In this document: in pieces, positions 27,805-36,909 of the stretch
How positions within the stretch are numbered: position 1 is the first letter of the stretch
How the letters are laid out: each line of letters opens with the position of its first letter
Origin: Pseudomonas phage pPa_SNUABM_DT01
Sequence record: MW735835.1
Strand: one strand, 5' to 3'
DNA: 64,000 nt
The notes under the pieces: generated by a model
The model's input: only the letters and a program-made list of their open reading frames with translations
Databases searched by the model: none
What the model was told of the DNA's origin: nothing
Translations under genes and position numbers: made by a program

Positions 27805-28368
27805 ATGACTCTAACCGCCTCGATACTCAACTACACGAGTAAAGTAAAAGCCAAGATAGACAAGATCATTGCAGACAAGGACATCATCGGCACTGACAAC
27901 GTCCGTGGTAGCATCTACCGCAATATCTTCAAGGGTTTCATCCGTACGGTCAGCACGCAGGAAGGTGGACCGAGTGTATCGGGCGATTTTCCTGCTGTCG
28001 GTACTCCGTTTGCAGATAACCTGAACATTTACCTACACTTCCGGATACCCTACAACATCAACGTGGATTCCAAGATGTTCTGGTTGAACATCCGAGGTTA
28101 CTGCTTCGGGGGTTCCCAGATCATCGGCACGACTGCGGTCGGGTACAGCTACGCTCCTACCAAGCAACTCTTGAACACGCAAGTGTCCTCGGTTCAAACA
28201 GCTGAGCTGTACGCGGATACCAACGGAAACGTCGTACTGTCTATTCTGTTCCCCAGCATCTACTACGTCACGCTTGAGATTGACTCCATGATGGTAGGGA
28301 ACGGAACCCCGATCAAACGCGACATGTTGCAGGTGAAATACTCGAAGTCGAATCGCGTGGTGTTCTAA
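27805..28368 (+). CDS. hypothetical structural protein (187 aa), paralog B
   Basis: ATG 27805 with AGGTGA RBS; paralogous to 27253-27795. Confidence 0.55.
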   Translation: MTLTASILNYTSKVKAKIDKIIADKDIIGTDNVRGSIYRNIFKGFIRTVSTQEGGPSVSGDFPAVGTPFADNLNIYLHFRIPYNINVDSKMFWLNIRGYCFGGSQIIGTTAVGYSYAPTKQLLNTQVSSVQTAELYADTNGNVVLSILFPSIYYVTLEIDSMMVGNGTPIKRDMLQVKYSKSNRVVF

Positions 28369-28493
28369 ACCCTATTGTATGTACAGGCAGTTGATACTGT
28401 CTAGTGAGGGGGTGATCCAGCACGAGTTTTGACCCGGAACGGTTTAGCCTCGACGGGAGTCAGTTGCATACGTTCCAACGGCGCCTGTACGAC

Positions 28494-28521
28494 GACCCAC
28501 GTGGCGGCGGTCACGTGGGTC
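28494..28521 (+). other. perfect hairpin gacccacgtg-gcggcggt-cacgtgggtc in a 180-bp intergenic gap
   Basis: 10-bp perfect inverted repeat followed by ATTTTGCCGCC; contains two CACGTG palindromes. Confidence 0.5.
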
Positions 28522-28551
28522 ATTTTGCCGCCTCTATCCCAGGGTATTGAA

Positions 28552-28926
28552 ATGAGCGCATCCGCTAGCTTGAATGCTCTGGCACAGAGCAGCAGTCGGT
28601 ATCTCGCCCTACTGCGAGACATCATCCTTAAAGGCATTCCGCAAGTCTTCACTCCGTCTGGAAGACTCACCACCGGTCCATTGAAAGAGTGGTATGGAAC
28701 GGTAACGTCCGTCAACGGAGTGTGGACGGCCAACGTGCAGAACGCAGGGTTTGTTCAGATCCTTCACGTTGATCCTCAGGCTGTTTACAATGATACCGCG
28801 TACAACCAGCAAGTCACAGCGTCCATCAACTCTGTCTCCCTGACTTCGATCTCCGGTCGTGTCATCCGGGATGGCGGTAAAGCGGGCCCGAACTGTTCTG
28901 TCATGGTTAAAGTTACGGGAAGGTAA
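28552..28926 (+). CDS. hypothetical protein (124 aa)
   Basis: First ATG after the hairpin in ORF 28429-28926. Confidence 0.45.
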   Translation: MSASASLNALAQSSSRYLALLRDIILKGIPQVFTPSGRLTTGPLKEWYGTVTSVNGVWTANVQNAGFVQILHVDPQAVYNDTAYNQQVTASINSVSLTSISGRVIRDGGKAGPNCSVMVKVTGR

Positions 28927-28932
28927 TGTCCT

Positions 28933-29550
28933 ATGTACTACTTCTACCCCGCCGAAAAGGCATTCAACCATGGCGCCTCCATTTGGCCTACGTCTGTCGA
29001 AGTCACTGATGCGGTTTATGCTCAGTTGATGATCGATCTGGACAACGGCTATGTGTTGGAGGTCGATGAGAACGGTCATCCGTATAGCGTGGCTCCTTCC
29101 GAACCTTCGGTGAAGCCAATCGCTGATCTGTTCCAAGAACGCTTGGCCAGATTGAACAACGACTACGAGGCAGCAGTCTTGTACCTCAAGTCGACGTACC
29201 CGCCATCGGAAGTCATCACGTGGCCCGTGCAGATCATTGAGGCACGCGCTATTTTCTCGTGGCTGGATGCGAACCCCACCCTGACCATCGCTGATATGCC
29301 TGAAAGCATAGCGCCGTTCCTGGTGGCGCTGAGTGCCTCACGTGTAGCATTGGGTTATCCCAGTGACTTGCAACACTTGGCGCAACGCGTGATCGAGAAC
29401 GATGCATTGTTCACCCCTGCTTTGGCGAATGTCACCGCGGTGCGTCACATGACCGAGAAAGAGATGTTGGCTGCGGTGAATGCGAACGATAGCATCCTGC
29501 TGATGGCCATCACTTGGACGTTCCCCTATCCGCCTGTCGTGATCGAATGA
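28933..29550 (+). CDS. tail fibre assembly protein (chaperone)
   Basis: 'MYYFYPAEKAFNHGASIWPTSVEVTDAVYAQL...YVLEVDENGHPY' matches the N-terminal signature of Tfa/gpU-type tail-fibre assembly proteins. Confidence 0.65.
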   Translation: MYYFYPAEKAFNHGASIWPTSVEVTDAVYAQLMIDLDNGYVLEVDENGHPYSVAPSEPSVKPIADLFQERLARLNNDYEAAVLYLKSTYPPSEVITWPVQIIEARAIFSWLDANPTLTIADMPESIAPFLVALSASRVALGYPSDLQHLAQRVIENDALFTPALANVTAVRHMTEKEMLAAVNANDSILLMAITWTFPYPPVVIE

Positions 29551-29556
29551 AATAAA

Positions 29557-29582
29557 ATTCAACGATACATGATAGCAGTGAT
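29557..29582 (+). promoter_or_regulatory. promoter-like box 'AATTCAACGATACATGATAGCAGTGA'
   Basis: Second copy of the conserved element, 34 nt before ATG 29616. Confidence 0.55.
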
Positions 29583-29615
29583 CATACTAACCATGTCCCT
29601 TTGGGAGATCTCAAG

Positions 29616-30029
29616 ATGCGTGACAGACACGGCATTAGCATCATCATGGCCGACTCCGGTGACGAAGTCGACAGTATCATTCATCTGCTAGGCATTACCG
29701 AAGCATTTCCGCTCCGTTCTTTGGAGCAGATGTTTCAGCTCGACCCTGACGCGGTCTACTTCGTGGTCATGCGGACCAAGGAAGAGATGACCAAGTTCGC
29801 TGAGTACTTCACTGTCAAACGTGGAGTGATGTCAGTGGGCGGACATCGTAGCAGTCTGGGCTTCAACGTGGATTGGATGTCGAAGATCCTCCTGAAGCCT
29901 CGGACTCAACCATCTCCCAGTGTGGCAGCGGTGGTGGAGAAAGCCTTACCCAAGGCGTTCACTGCAATCGAGATCCCGCCGCACATCGAGAAGGACGATC
30001 CGTACGCCGATTTGGGTTACAGGCGCTAA
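29616..30029 (+). CDS. hypothetical protein (137 aa)
   Basis: 'gggagatctcaagATG'. Confidence 0.5.
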   Translation: MRDRHGISIIMADSGDEVDSIIHLLGITEAFPLRSLEQMFQLDPDAVYFVVMRTKEEMTKFAEYFTVKRGVMSVGGHRSSLGFNVDWMSKILLKPRTQPSPSVAAVVEKALPKAFTAIEIPPHIEKDDPYADLGYRR

Positions 30030-30037
30030 TAAGCATG

Positions 30038-30070
30038 GGCGGGGTAATCCCCGCCCTTATGCCCTTTTTT
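30038..30070 (+). terminator. intrinsic terminator gggcgggg-taat-ccccgccc + TTATGCCCTTTTTTCTTTGG
   Basis: 8-bp GC stem plus T-tract. Confidence 0.7.
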
Positions 30071-30076
30071 CTTTGG

Positions 30077-30106
30077 TTGTAATTAAAAATTATAGAGCAA
30101 TACATT
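30077..30106 (+). promoter_or_regulatory. sigma70-like promoter TTGTAA-18-TACATT
   Basis: -35/-10-like hexamers at proper spacing, 40 nt upstream of ATG 30149. Confidence 0.45.
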
Positions 30107-30148
30107 ATAACCATGGAAGCACAACCATAAATCCATTAAGGGGATATC

Positions 30149-30988
30149 ATGAAAGAAGCACTCGCCAACGAAACTGAACGCAACCAACAAGCCGCTGGGA
30201 AGGCTGAAGGGGACGTTCGGATCAGCGATCTGCCAGTCATGGGAGAAGGGGTTGAGGATCTCTCGCTGAGCGACAACAATCCGCATGTCGGTATGGAGGC
30301 TATCATGGGCAAGGCACTCGATGAGCCTGAGCATGAGGTTGTCAATGACGAACAAGGTCGTCCGATCAAGATTTACGGATACAGCGGCAACAGCTCTGCT
30401 GGTTCGGTAGCCCACACTGATCGCGGCGACATGTCCATCAGTGATATCATCGATCTGCGCAATGGTGTACCTCGCGGTACTACCAGCCGTGACCTCGCCA
30501 TCGATCCCGGCATCCGCGCCCGTACTCGTCTCGAGACCCGCGGTCAAAAGATCAAGCGTGCTGCGGTGCGTACCTACCTGATCCTTCTCACGTTGATCCT
30601 GGCAGCTGTAGGTAGCCTCGGTTACTACATTTACCATCAGACCTTCGAAGTGCCCGGCAAACGCCTGACCGACTATCGTCCCTGCTCCTACGTCGACGAG
30701 AAGCTCGGCCTGGAGATCACGGGTCGTCGTGAATTCTCCTACCTGGAGCGTTCGCTGTTCGGCGTTCACTACCGGCTGGAGAAGGACATCAGTGAGCGCA
30801 CTCAGATCGACATCCGTGGCGAGGCCATCACTGCCGTCGGCTTGACTGGCGACAAAGCCAAGCCATTCTGGGCGAAATTCGCTGACATGGGTGAACGAGG
30901 TATTATGATACTCGACCCCGCGAATCAGTATGTCTTCACCACCAAGAAGAAGGCAGTCGTGATCGACTACGATCAATTCTGCCGCTAA
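30149..30988 (+). CDS. membrane protein (279 aa, central TM)
   Basis: 'aaggggatatcATG'; TM 'YLILLTLILAAVGSLGYYIY' in the middle of the protein. Confidence 0.55.
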   Translation: MKEALANETERNQQAAGKAEGDVRISDLPVMGEGVEDLSLSDNNPHVGMEAIMGKALDEPEHEVVNDEQGRPIKIYGYSGNSSAGSVAHTDRGDMSISDIIDLRNGVPRGTTSRDLAIDPGIRARTRLETRGQKIKRAAVRTYLILLTLILAAVGSLGYYIYHQTFEVPGKRLTDYRPCSYVDEKLGLEITGRREFSYLERSLFGVHYRLEKDISERTQIDIRGEAITAVGLTGDKAKPFWAKFADMGERGIMILDPANQYVFTTKKKAVVIDYDQFCR

Positions 30989-31004
30989 GTAACGACATCA
31001 AGAC

Positions 31005-31024
31005 AGGGAGGCTACGGCCTCCCG
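31005..31024 (+). terminator. hairpin gggaggc-tacg-gcctccc
   Basis: 7-bp stem after the stop; no U-tract. Confidence 0.4.
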
Positions 31025-31056
31025 CATTATCCATCTGCACGCAACCAAGGAACATC

Positions 31057-31266
31057 ATGGCAGACATCGACGCATCGGTAAAGAACATCCAGCAATCCAT
31101 CGCCGCACTGCTGGAGCGCGTCAATAAAGGGGAAGTTCTGTCCAAGGAAGAAGCTCAGGCACTCCTCGAGTGTCGAAAGCAGTTCGACCAGCTCAAGCAG
31201 GTCGACACTTACAAGGAAATTCTGCGTGGCACCAAACTGAAAGAACTCACTGACAAGTGGGCTTAG
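31057..31266 (+). CDS. hypothetical protein (69 aa)
   Basis: Preceded by the 'CAACCAAGGAACATCATG' initiation box. Confidence 0.5.
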   Translation: MADIDASVKNIQQSIAALLERVNKGEVLSKEEAQALLECRKQFDQLKQVDTYKEILRGTKLKELTDKWA

Positions 31267-31274
31267 GGGGCATC

Positions 31275-31634
31275 ATGAGTAATCGCAATCTGGCAGCGTG
31301 TTACGACACGGTCATCTATTTCCAGGACAAGGGCAAGCCGCGTCAGTACATCAAGGCGATCGGCAAAGACCTCCTCGAGTTCATTTACTTCACGGAGAAT
31401 CTGGACGAAGCCAAACTGTTCCGCCCCCATGTAGGCTGGGCAGGTGAAGGCATCGACTACGACTCTTACCACAACGCGTTCAACATCTTGGTCCAGCGCT
31501 TGCGCAAGGATGACAAGTATCGTGTGGCGTTGGGGAATGAGATCTTCGACGAAACCAATAACCAGACGGTCGTCGCAGCCATGCGCATCGAGCACACCGA
31601 CCGTCTGACCACCGTACTGATGCCGCAGGAGTAA
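31275..31634 (+). CDS. hypothetical protein (119 aa)
   Basis: ATG 31275, 'taggggggcatcATG'. Confidence 0.5.
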   Translation: MSNRNLAACYDTVIYFQDKGKPRQYIKAIGKDLLEFIYFTENLDEAKLFRPHVGWAGEGIDYDSYHNAFNILVQRLRKDDKYRVALGNEIFDETNNQTVVAAMRIEHTDRLTTVLMPQE

Positions 31635-31636
31635 CC

Positions 31637-31993
31637 GTGAGCAAATCTGAGGAACCGATTGTCGTCATCAAATGGCTACACTCGTCCTCGGGCCGCAGTA
31701 AACGCAGCGAGATCGTCAACCAAGGATGCTTCGTGCTCGAGCACGAAGCTACCGGGCGCTTCTATCTGGGCCAGAGCGACAACGTCAGCAAAGACGTCGA
31801 TAAACAACTTTCCCAACTGGCAAACGGCAAGCACCCGAACAAGATCCTGAACGTCCTCTACGAGAAGGACAACGAGATCCGGGTGTTCGAATATCCACAG
31901 AAGGCAAAGAAGAAACGCGTAACCCTCATGCGTGAGCTGATTGAGAAGGCCGGCTACCTTTGCCTAAATCCAAGAGATGTCCGCAATGTATAA
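31637..31993 (+). CDS. small GIY-YIG-like domain protein (118 aa)
   Basis: 'GCFVLEHEATGRFYLGQSDNVSKDV' has the G-x-(Y/F)...Y-(I/L)-G spacing of GIY-YIG modules; GTG start. Confidence 0.4.
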   Translation: MSKSEEPIVVIKWLHSSSGRSKRSEIVNQGCFVLEHEATGRFYLGQSDNVSKDVDKQLSQLANGKHPNKILNVLYEKDNEIRVFEYPQKAKKKRVTLMRELIEKAGYLCLNPRDVRNV

Positions 31994-32492
31994 AGACCTG
32001 AAGCTTCCCAAGCTGGTGCAGCAGATTCTCCTGGTCACCCGTGACCACATTCTTTCTTCGTCCGCCAAGTGCCACATGTTGGTGCTGGCGACTCCCAAGT
32101 TCCTCAAGGACAATCCGCACCTGAAGCCGAGCGCGTTCGAACACGCGATCTTCGGCCCGGTCGTGGTCCTGAACATCACCCCGCAAGCGATCGGCCCGAT
32201 CACCTTGGGTGATGACTTCATCAGCTTCGAAGCCCGCTACAGTGGTGCCCTGCTGACCAACTTCGTGACCATGGGTGACATCGTTGGCTTGTATTCGCCA
32301 GAAGAAGGCTCGGTCATGATCGACGTCGGTGTGGTCAACCTCATCGGTGATACCGGCATGGGTGACGGCAGTGTCGGCATGATTGCTGCCCGTCCGCTGA
32401 ACAGCTACGAGCCGGCAGAATCCGAAGCCCAGGTCCAAACCCAACCCGTTCAACCGCCGCGTGAGCGCCCTAGCCTGAAGGTAGTCAAATGA
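31977..32492 (+). CDS. SspB-like ClpXP adaptor protein
   Basis: 'VVLNITPQAIGPITLGDDFISFEARYSGALLTNFVTMGDIVGLYSPEEGSVMI' parallels E. coli SspB 'IVLNIAPRAVGNLELANDEVRFNARFGGIPRQVSVPLAAVLAIYARENGAGTMF'; C-terminus 'QPPRERPSLKVVK' matches the SspB ClpX-binding tail '...RGGRPALRVVK'. Confidence 0.7.
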   Translation: MSAMYKDLKLPKLVQQILLVTRDHILSSSAKCHMLVLATPKFLKDNPHLKPSAFEHAIFGPVVVLNITPQAIGPITLGDDFISFEARYSGALLTNFVTMGDIVGLYSPEEGSVMIDVGVVNLIGDTGMGDGSVGMIAARPLNSYEPAESEAQVQTQPVQPPRERPSLKVVK

Positions 32493-32911
32493 GTCAGATA
32501 GCTCTGTTCGATGACGGCCGTAAAGAACCTGTCGAGTACGCTTTCGGCGTCCCGGTGCAGGTCTTAATCCCGGACTCCCATGGCCTGACCCAGGCTGAGG
32601 TCGATGACCTGATGCCGTCGGCTGCCCTGCCGATCTTCACCACCTATCCGAAGCGCAACCTGCGTCCGGGTCTGGCGGATTTCTATGCCAAGCTCAAGCC
32701 GGCTAAGATCGGCTACCTGCGGGCCTCAGGCTTCGTAAAAGGAAATGAAGGCTGGGTATTACATGGGAGAATCGAGTATGGGGACAATGTGCGCAGTGAA
32801 CTGCTCACCGATCCCCGCCTGGTGGTTCTCAGTGTCGACATCGAACGTGGCGATCCTTCTAAGGGGCGAAAGGCTATTGGCCTGGACCGGATGATGGTAA
32901 GCCCGAAGTAA
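32489..32911 (+). CDS. hypothetical protein (140 aa)
   Basis: ATGA overlap with the SspB-like gene. Confidence 0.5.
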   Translation: MSQIALFDDGRKEPVEYAFGVPVQVLIPDSHGLTQAEVDDLMPSAALPIFTTYPKRNLRPGLADFYAKLKPAKIGYLRASGFVKGNEGWVLHGRIEYGDNVRSELLTDPRLVVLSVDIERGDPSKGRKAIGLDRMMVSPK

Positions 32912-32920
32912 GGAGCCTCC

Positions 32921-34915
32921 ATGGACAACCGCATCGAAGCCCTGCGGGCAGAGATCAGTCGTCTGAACGATCTCTACTACAACGAAGGGGATTCCGGCGT
33001 CGAAGATGCCGTGTACGATTCCCTGAAGAAGGAACTGCGGGAACTCGAAGGTGAAACCGACGACCCGCTGTCCCCTCTGAACATCATCGGGGCTCCCGTC
33101 GCCGGGGGCTTCGATAAAGTCAAGCACCTGACCCCCATGCAGAGCCTGGGCAACGTGTATAACGAGACTGAACTCACCGACTGGTGTGACAATCTCGAGT
33201 ATCCGGCCTGCGCTCAGATGGAACTCAAGCATGACGGCCTGGCCATTGACCTGCTGTACGACAAGACTCACCTGAAGTATGCCGCTACCCGCGGCGACGG
33301 TGAAGTCGGTGATGATATCACCGATAACGCCATTTACTTCGAGGGTGTGCCAGAGCAGCTGCGTGGTTTCAGCGGTAAAGTTGAAATCCGTGGTGAAGCT
33401 GTCATCCCGCACAAGCACTTCAAGCGTGTTTGTGAACTGCGTGAGTCGCTGGGCAAGAAAGTCTACGCCAACCCCCGCAACATGGTGGCTGGACTGGCTC
33501 GCAAAAAGGAAGGAGCGGAGCTGCAAGGCATGGGCATCCGCTTCATCGCCTACGATGCAGTCATTCACACCGACGAAGGCCCGCTTTCGGTGCCGATGTC
33601 GTACTTCCAGCAGGATCTTCAGAGCCAGTTCTACATCTCTCTGCCGGTCTGGGAGGGTTTGACCAGCGATATCGTCAACATCGTCGAAACAATCGACGAC
33701 GTAGCCGAGACTCGTGAGACCCTAGGGCATGACATTGACGGCTTGGTACTGAAATTGATCAAGCCTGAAGACCGCAAAGCCCTCGGCAGCCGTTCTACCA
33801 GCCCGCGATGGGCCGTGGCGTACAAGTTCGAAGCCCAGACCACGACCTCAGTGCTGCAAAGCGTCGAATTGCAGGTCGGTCGTACCGGGGCCATCACCCC
33901 AGTGGCCAAGATCAAGCCCGTCAAGCTCTGCGGTGTGACCATCAGCAGCGTGACGCTTCACAATTTCGAAGAAATCGAGCGGTTGGACCTCCGTCTGCTC
34001 GACACGGTTGTCGTTTCCCGTCGTGGCGACGTCATCCCGAAGATCGAAAGCGTGATCACGGCTCTGCGTACTGACGAACACGGCATCATCCCCATTCCCA
34101 CGGAGTGTCCGTGCTGTGGGGCGCCGTTGAGCAAGAAGGAAGTGGGCAAAGAAGAAGGTGTGAAGCTGTACTGCACCAACTCCGTCACCTGTCCTGCTCA
34201 GGTCATCAACAAAATGGCCTACTTTGTCAGCCGCGATGGCATCGACGTGAAGAACCTCGGCCCAGCCGCCGTCGAATCCTTGATTGTGTCGGGTTCGTTG
34301 GGGTCGTTCAGCTCGTTGTTCCACCTGACCGAGTCGGATTTCTACAACGCTGGCATCGGGGAAGCCATGACCGACAAGATCATGGCCAGTATCGAACGCT
34401 GCAAGAAGCTGCCGTTCAAGAAAGTCCTGCGTGCTGTCGGTATCCCGGAAGTCGGCGACTCCACTGCTCGTGATTTGGCGTTGTTCTACTCGTCGTTCAA
34501 GGAGTTGTTCGAAGCCAAGGCTGAAGACATTGAACGAATCCCGGACATCGGCCCTGCGGTCTCTGCAAGCCTCGCTAAGGCGTTCGAATCCAATGGCGCC
34601 GATTACCTGGCCTTGGATAAGATCCTCACCTACGAGGCTGATACGGTCCTTAAAGCCGAGATTCAGGACCTCGCCGGCAAAACTGTGGTGGTGAGTGGCA
34701 GTGACTTCGATGGTAAGTCGCGCAAGGAGATGGAAGCCGACGTGATTTCGCGTGGTGCTAAGCTCTCCAAGTCCGTCAGCAAGAAAACCGACATCCTCTT
34801 CGCAGGTATTGGTGCTGGCCCAGACAAAGTCAAGACCGCCAAAGAGCTGGGGTTCGTCGTTGATGGCATCATGATGACCAATCCCAATTCCCTCACTCGC
34901 ATTCTTCCTCTGTAA
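32921..34915 (+). CDS. ligA: NAD-dependent DNA ligase
   Basis: Adenylation motif 'ELKHDGLAI', Zn-finger 'CPCCGAPL...CTNSVTCPAQ', C-terminal BRCT-like 'GKTVVVSGS...'; 664 aa. Confidence 0.9.
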   Translation: MDNRIEALRAEISRLNDLYYNEGDSGVEDAVYDSLKKELRELEGETDDPLSPLNIIGAPVAGGFDKVKHLTPMQSLGNVYNETELTDWCDNLEYPACAQMELKHDGLAIDLLYDKTHLKYAATRGDGEVGDDITDNAIYFEGVPEQLRGFSGKVEIRGEAVIPHKHFKRVCELRESLGKKVYANPRNMVAGLARKKEGAELQGMGIRFIAYDAVIHTDEGPLSVPMSYFQQDLQSQFYISLPVWEGLTSDIVNIVETIDDVAETRETLGHDIDGLVLKLIKPEDRKALGSRSTSPRWAVAYKFEAQTTTSVLQSVELQVGRTGAITPVAKIKPVKLCGVTISSVTLHNFEEIERLDLRLLDTVVVSRRGDVIPKIESVITALRTDEHGIIPIPTECPCCGAPLSKKEVGKEEGVKLYCTNSVTCPAQVINKMAYFVSRDGIDVKNLGPAAVESLIVSGSLGSFSSLFHLTESDFYNAGIGEAMTDKIMASIERCKKLPFKKVLRAVGIPEVGDSTARDLALFYSSFKELFEAKAEDIERIPDIGPAVSASLAKAFESNGADYLALDKILTYEADTVLKAEIQDLAGKTVVVSGSDFDGKSRKEMEADVISRGAKLSKSVSKKTDILFAGIGAGPDKVKTAKELGFVVDGIMMTNPNSLTRILPL

Positions 34916-34928
34916 ACAGGAGTACTCA

Positions 34929-35393
34929 ATGAGCACCCAACAACTGATCATGTTCGACAAGCCGCTGACCATCGAGGAGGCCGTGCAAGCGGCCCCTGAC
35001 CAAGCTCTGGCGCTTCCCTGGGGTGTCCAGTCCATGGTGGCCGACACGGTGCGTCACATGGTCCTGCTGGCGTCGTCCATCAGCGAACACTACCGCTATG
35101 CCCTCGGCCTGTCCGGAGGCATCGCCCAGTACCTTTACGACCAACCGGCCGGTGCCATCACCAACCCGGATCTCTTCCTGCGCACCGCTCAGGTTGGTAG
35201 CCTGATCGGTCACTTCGATGGCTTGGAAACCCATGCCATCCAGGCCGAGATCCCCGAAGACGAACAGTGCATGATGCTGCTCGTCATCAACGACGACAAG
35301 CTGGTAGTCGGCTACCTGCTCACCAAGCTGCGCGAGTACGGCGACCACATCAACGTGAACAACGTCCTTCCTAAGACCAAGGCGGCTCAATAA
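34929..35393 (+). CDS. hypothetical protein (154 aa)
   Basis: ORF track, 'caggagtactcaATG'. Confidence 0.5.
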   Translation: MSTQQLIMFDKPLTIEEAVQAAPDQALALPWGVQSMVADTVRHMVLLASSISEHYRYALGLSGGIAQYLYDQPAGAITNPDLFLRTAQVGSLIGHFDGLETHAIQAEIPEDEQCMMLLVINDDKLVVGYLLTKLREYGDHINVNNVLPKTKAAQ

Positions 35394-35954
35394 ATGGAAA
35401 TCTTCAACAAGCTGGTCGACGCCCTGCGTGCTGCGCAGAATGACGACATTCAACTGACCCTGACCGGTAAAGCCGGCCAAGGCAACCTGACTGCGCGAGT
35501 GCACTACAAGCGCGACAACCTGCTGACCAAGATCCTGTACCGCCACGACCTGTCGCGCCTGGGCCCGAACAGCGAAGAGTTGGCCATGTATTGCGCCGGT
35601 CTCGAACGTCCGCAGCAGCACATGTGGACCAAGATCCCCGGCCGTCAAATGGTCGAGTTGGCACGTGTCACCGGTAGCCTGGGTGTGAACCCGGACATGT
35701 ACCTGCCGGCCTGCTGCGACATCGGCGGCCTGGTGCTGAAGGGCTACGACGAGTTCCCGCACACCAGCGCGTACCTGCGCCAGTGGTCTGCCAAGGGCAA
35801 GGGCATCGGCCTCGAGCTGATCGTCCTGTACCGCAGCGAAGCCGAAGTCCACGTCTTCGAGTCGTCGATCAACTACTACATCCAGCCGGACATGGACAAG
35901 TTGGTCGCCAGCCTGAAGAAGATCCACGAAGCCGGCGCTCTCAAGGTCGGCTAA
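35394..35954 (+). CDS. hypothetical protein (186 aa)
   Basis: TAAATG overlap. Confidence 0.5.
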   Translation: MEIFNKLVDALRAAQNDDIQLTLTGKAGQGNLTARVHYKRDNLLTKILYRHDLSRLGPNSEELAMYCAGLERPQQHMWTKIPGRQMVELARVTGSLGVNPDMYLPACCDIGGLVLKGYDEFPHTSAYLRQWSAKGKGIGLELIVLYRSEAEVHVFESSINYYIQPDMDKLVASLKKIHEAGALKVG

Positions 35955-36470
35955 ATGGTCAAGGTCTCGCTGATCTACGCCCAGAACGAGGACGGTGCCA
36001 TCGGTTTGAAGGGTTCTCACCCGATGCCGTGGCACTTCCCGGAGGACATGCAGCGTTTCGCAGCCCTTACCAAAGGTAAGGCGATGGTCATGGGGTCGAG
36101 TACCTTCGACTCCCTGCCTCGTATCCTTCCGGGTCGCTTCCATTACGTGATGACCCGTAGCCAGGGTCTCCCGCGTCTGGGGCGCCTCGATCAAGTACAG
36201 TTTCTGAACAGCCTCGAGCAGGTGTTCGAGAAAGCCACCCTACACGCTGAAGAACTCTTCGTGATCGGCGGTGGTGACATCTTGAACCAAGCCATGCATT
36301 GGGCTGACACCATTTATCGCACAGTCGTGCTCAACACTCCGCTTCGGGGTCGTGAGCTGGCCAAGGTCAAGAAGCCGGGTGAAGACCCGATCTGGAAACG
36401 CTTCAAGCTGACCGACACCCAGCGCATCGATGATCGTCTGATCTTCGAGACCTACGAACGCATCATCTAA
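35955..36470 (+). CDS. folA: dihydrofolate reductase
   Basis: 'VSLIYAQNEDGAIGLKGSHPMPWHFPEDMQRFAALTKGKAMVMGSSTF..LPGR.HYVMTRS' DHFR signature; TAAATG coupling. Confidence 0.85.
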   Translation: MVKVSLIYAQNEDGAIGLKGSHPMPWHFPEDMQRFAALTKGKAMVMGSSTFDSLPRILPGRFHYVMTRSQGLPRLGRLDQVQFLNSLEQVFEKATLHAEELFVIGGGDILNQAMHWADTIYRTVVLNTPLRGRELAKVKKPGEDPIWKRFKLTDTQRIDDRLIFETYERII

Positions 36471-36480
36471 GGATTGCATC

Positions 36481-36825
36481 ATGAAGAAATGGCTTTTGGT
36501 TATGTTGTCTCTGTTGTGTACTTCTGCATTCGCTGAAGAGCAGCGCTTTGTAATGGAACCCGCTCATTGCAAGGTCCTGAGGCTTCATGCCCTAAAGGCC
36601 ATCACGGGTAAGCAAACTGGGGTTGTGTACCCTCAGTATGTCCGTGAACGGGTGGAGGACTCCCAGTCACTCGTGGCAGGGGAACGGTTGATCTACATGG
36701 ACATCCTTCCGTACTCGCTGGAAATGGCGTACGAGTACTACCACAACGACTTCAACGACAGCACCCCTTACGAGGAAGTGATCTACGACAACTGCATGAA
36801 ACGCGTCGGCGACGTCGCGCAATAA
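36481..36825 (+). CDS. secreted protein (114 aa)
   Basis: Signal peptide 'MKKWLLVMLSLLCTSAFA'. Confidence 0.55.
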   Translation: MKKWLLVMLSLLCTSAFAEEQRFVMEPAHCKVLRLHALKAITGKQTGVVYPQYVRERVEDSQSLVAGERLIYMDILPYSLEMAYEYYHNDFNDSTPYEEVIYDNCMKRVGDVAQ

Positions 36826-36829
36826 TACC

Positions 36830-36860
36830 GGGAGGGCCTAGGCCCTCCCTTTTTATTTTG
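36830..36860 (+). terminator. intrinsic terminator gggagggcc-ta-ggccctccc + TTTTTATTTT
   Basis: Perfect palindrome plus T-tract. Confidence 0.75.
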
Positions 36861-36909
36861 TCATCTTATGACTCTGTGTCGTTCATTTTTCTTTTAGGGA
36901 ATAAATAAG

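Noticed and set aside
33848-35047. 399-aa minus-strand ORF inside ligA
   Set aside because: ligA is unambiguous on the + strand; the antisense ORF is an artefact.
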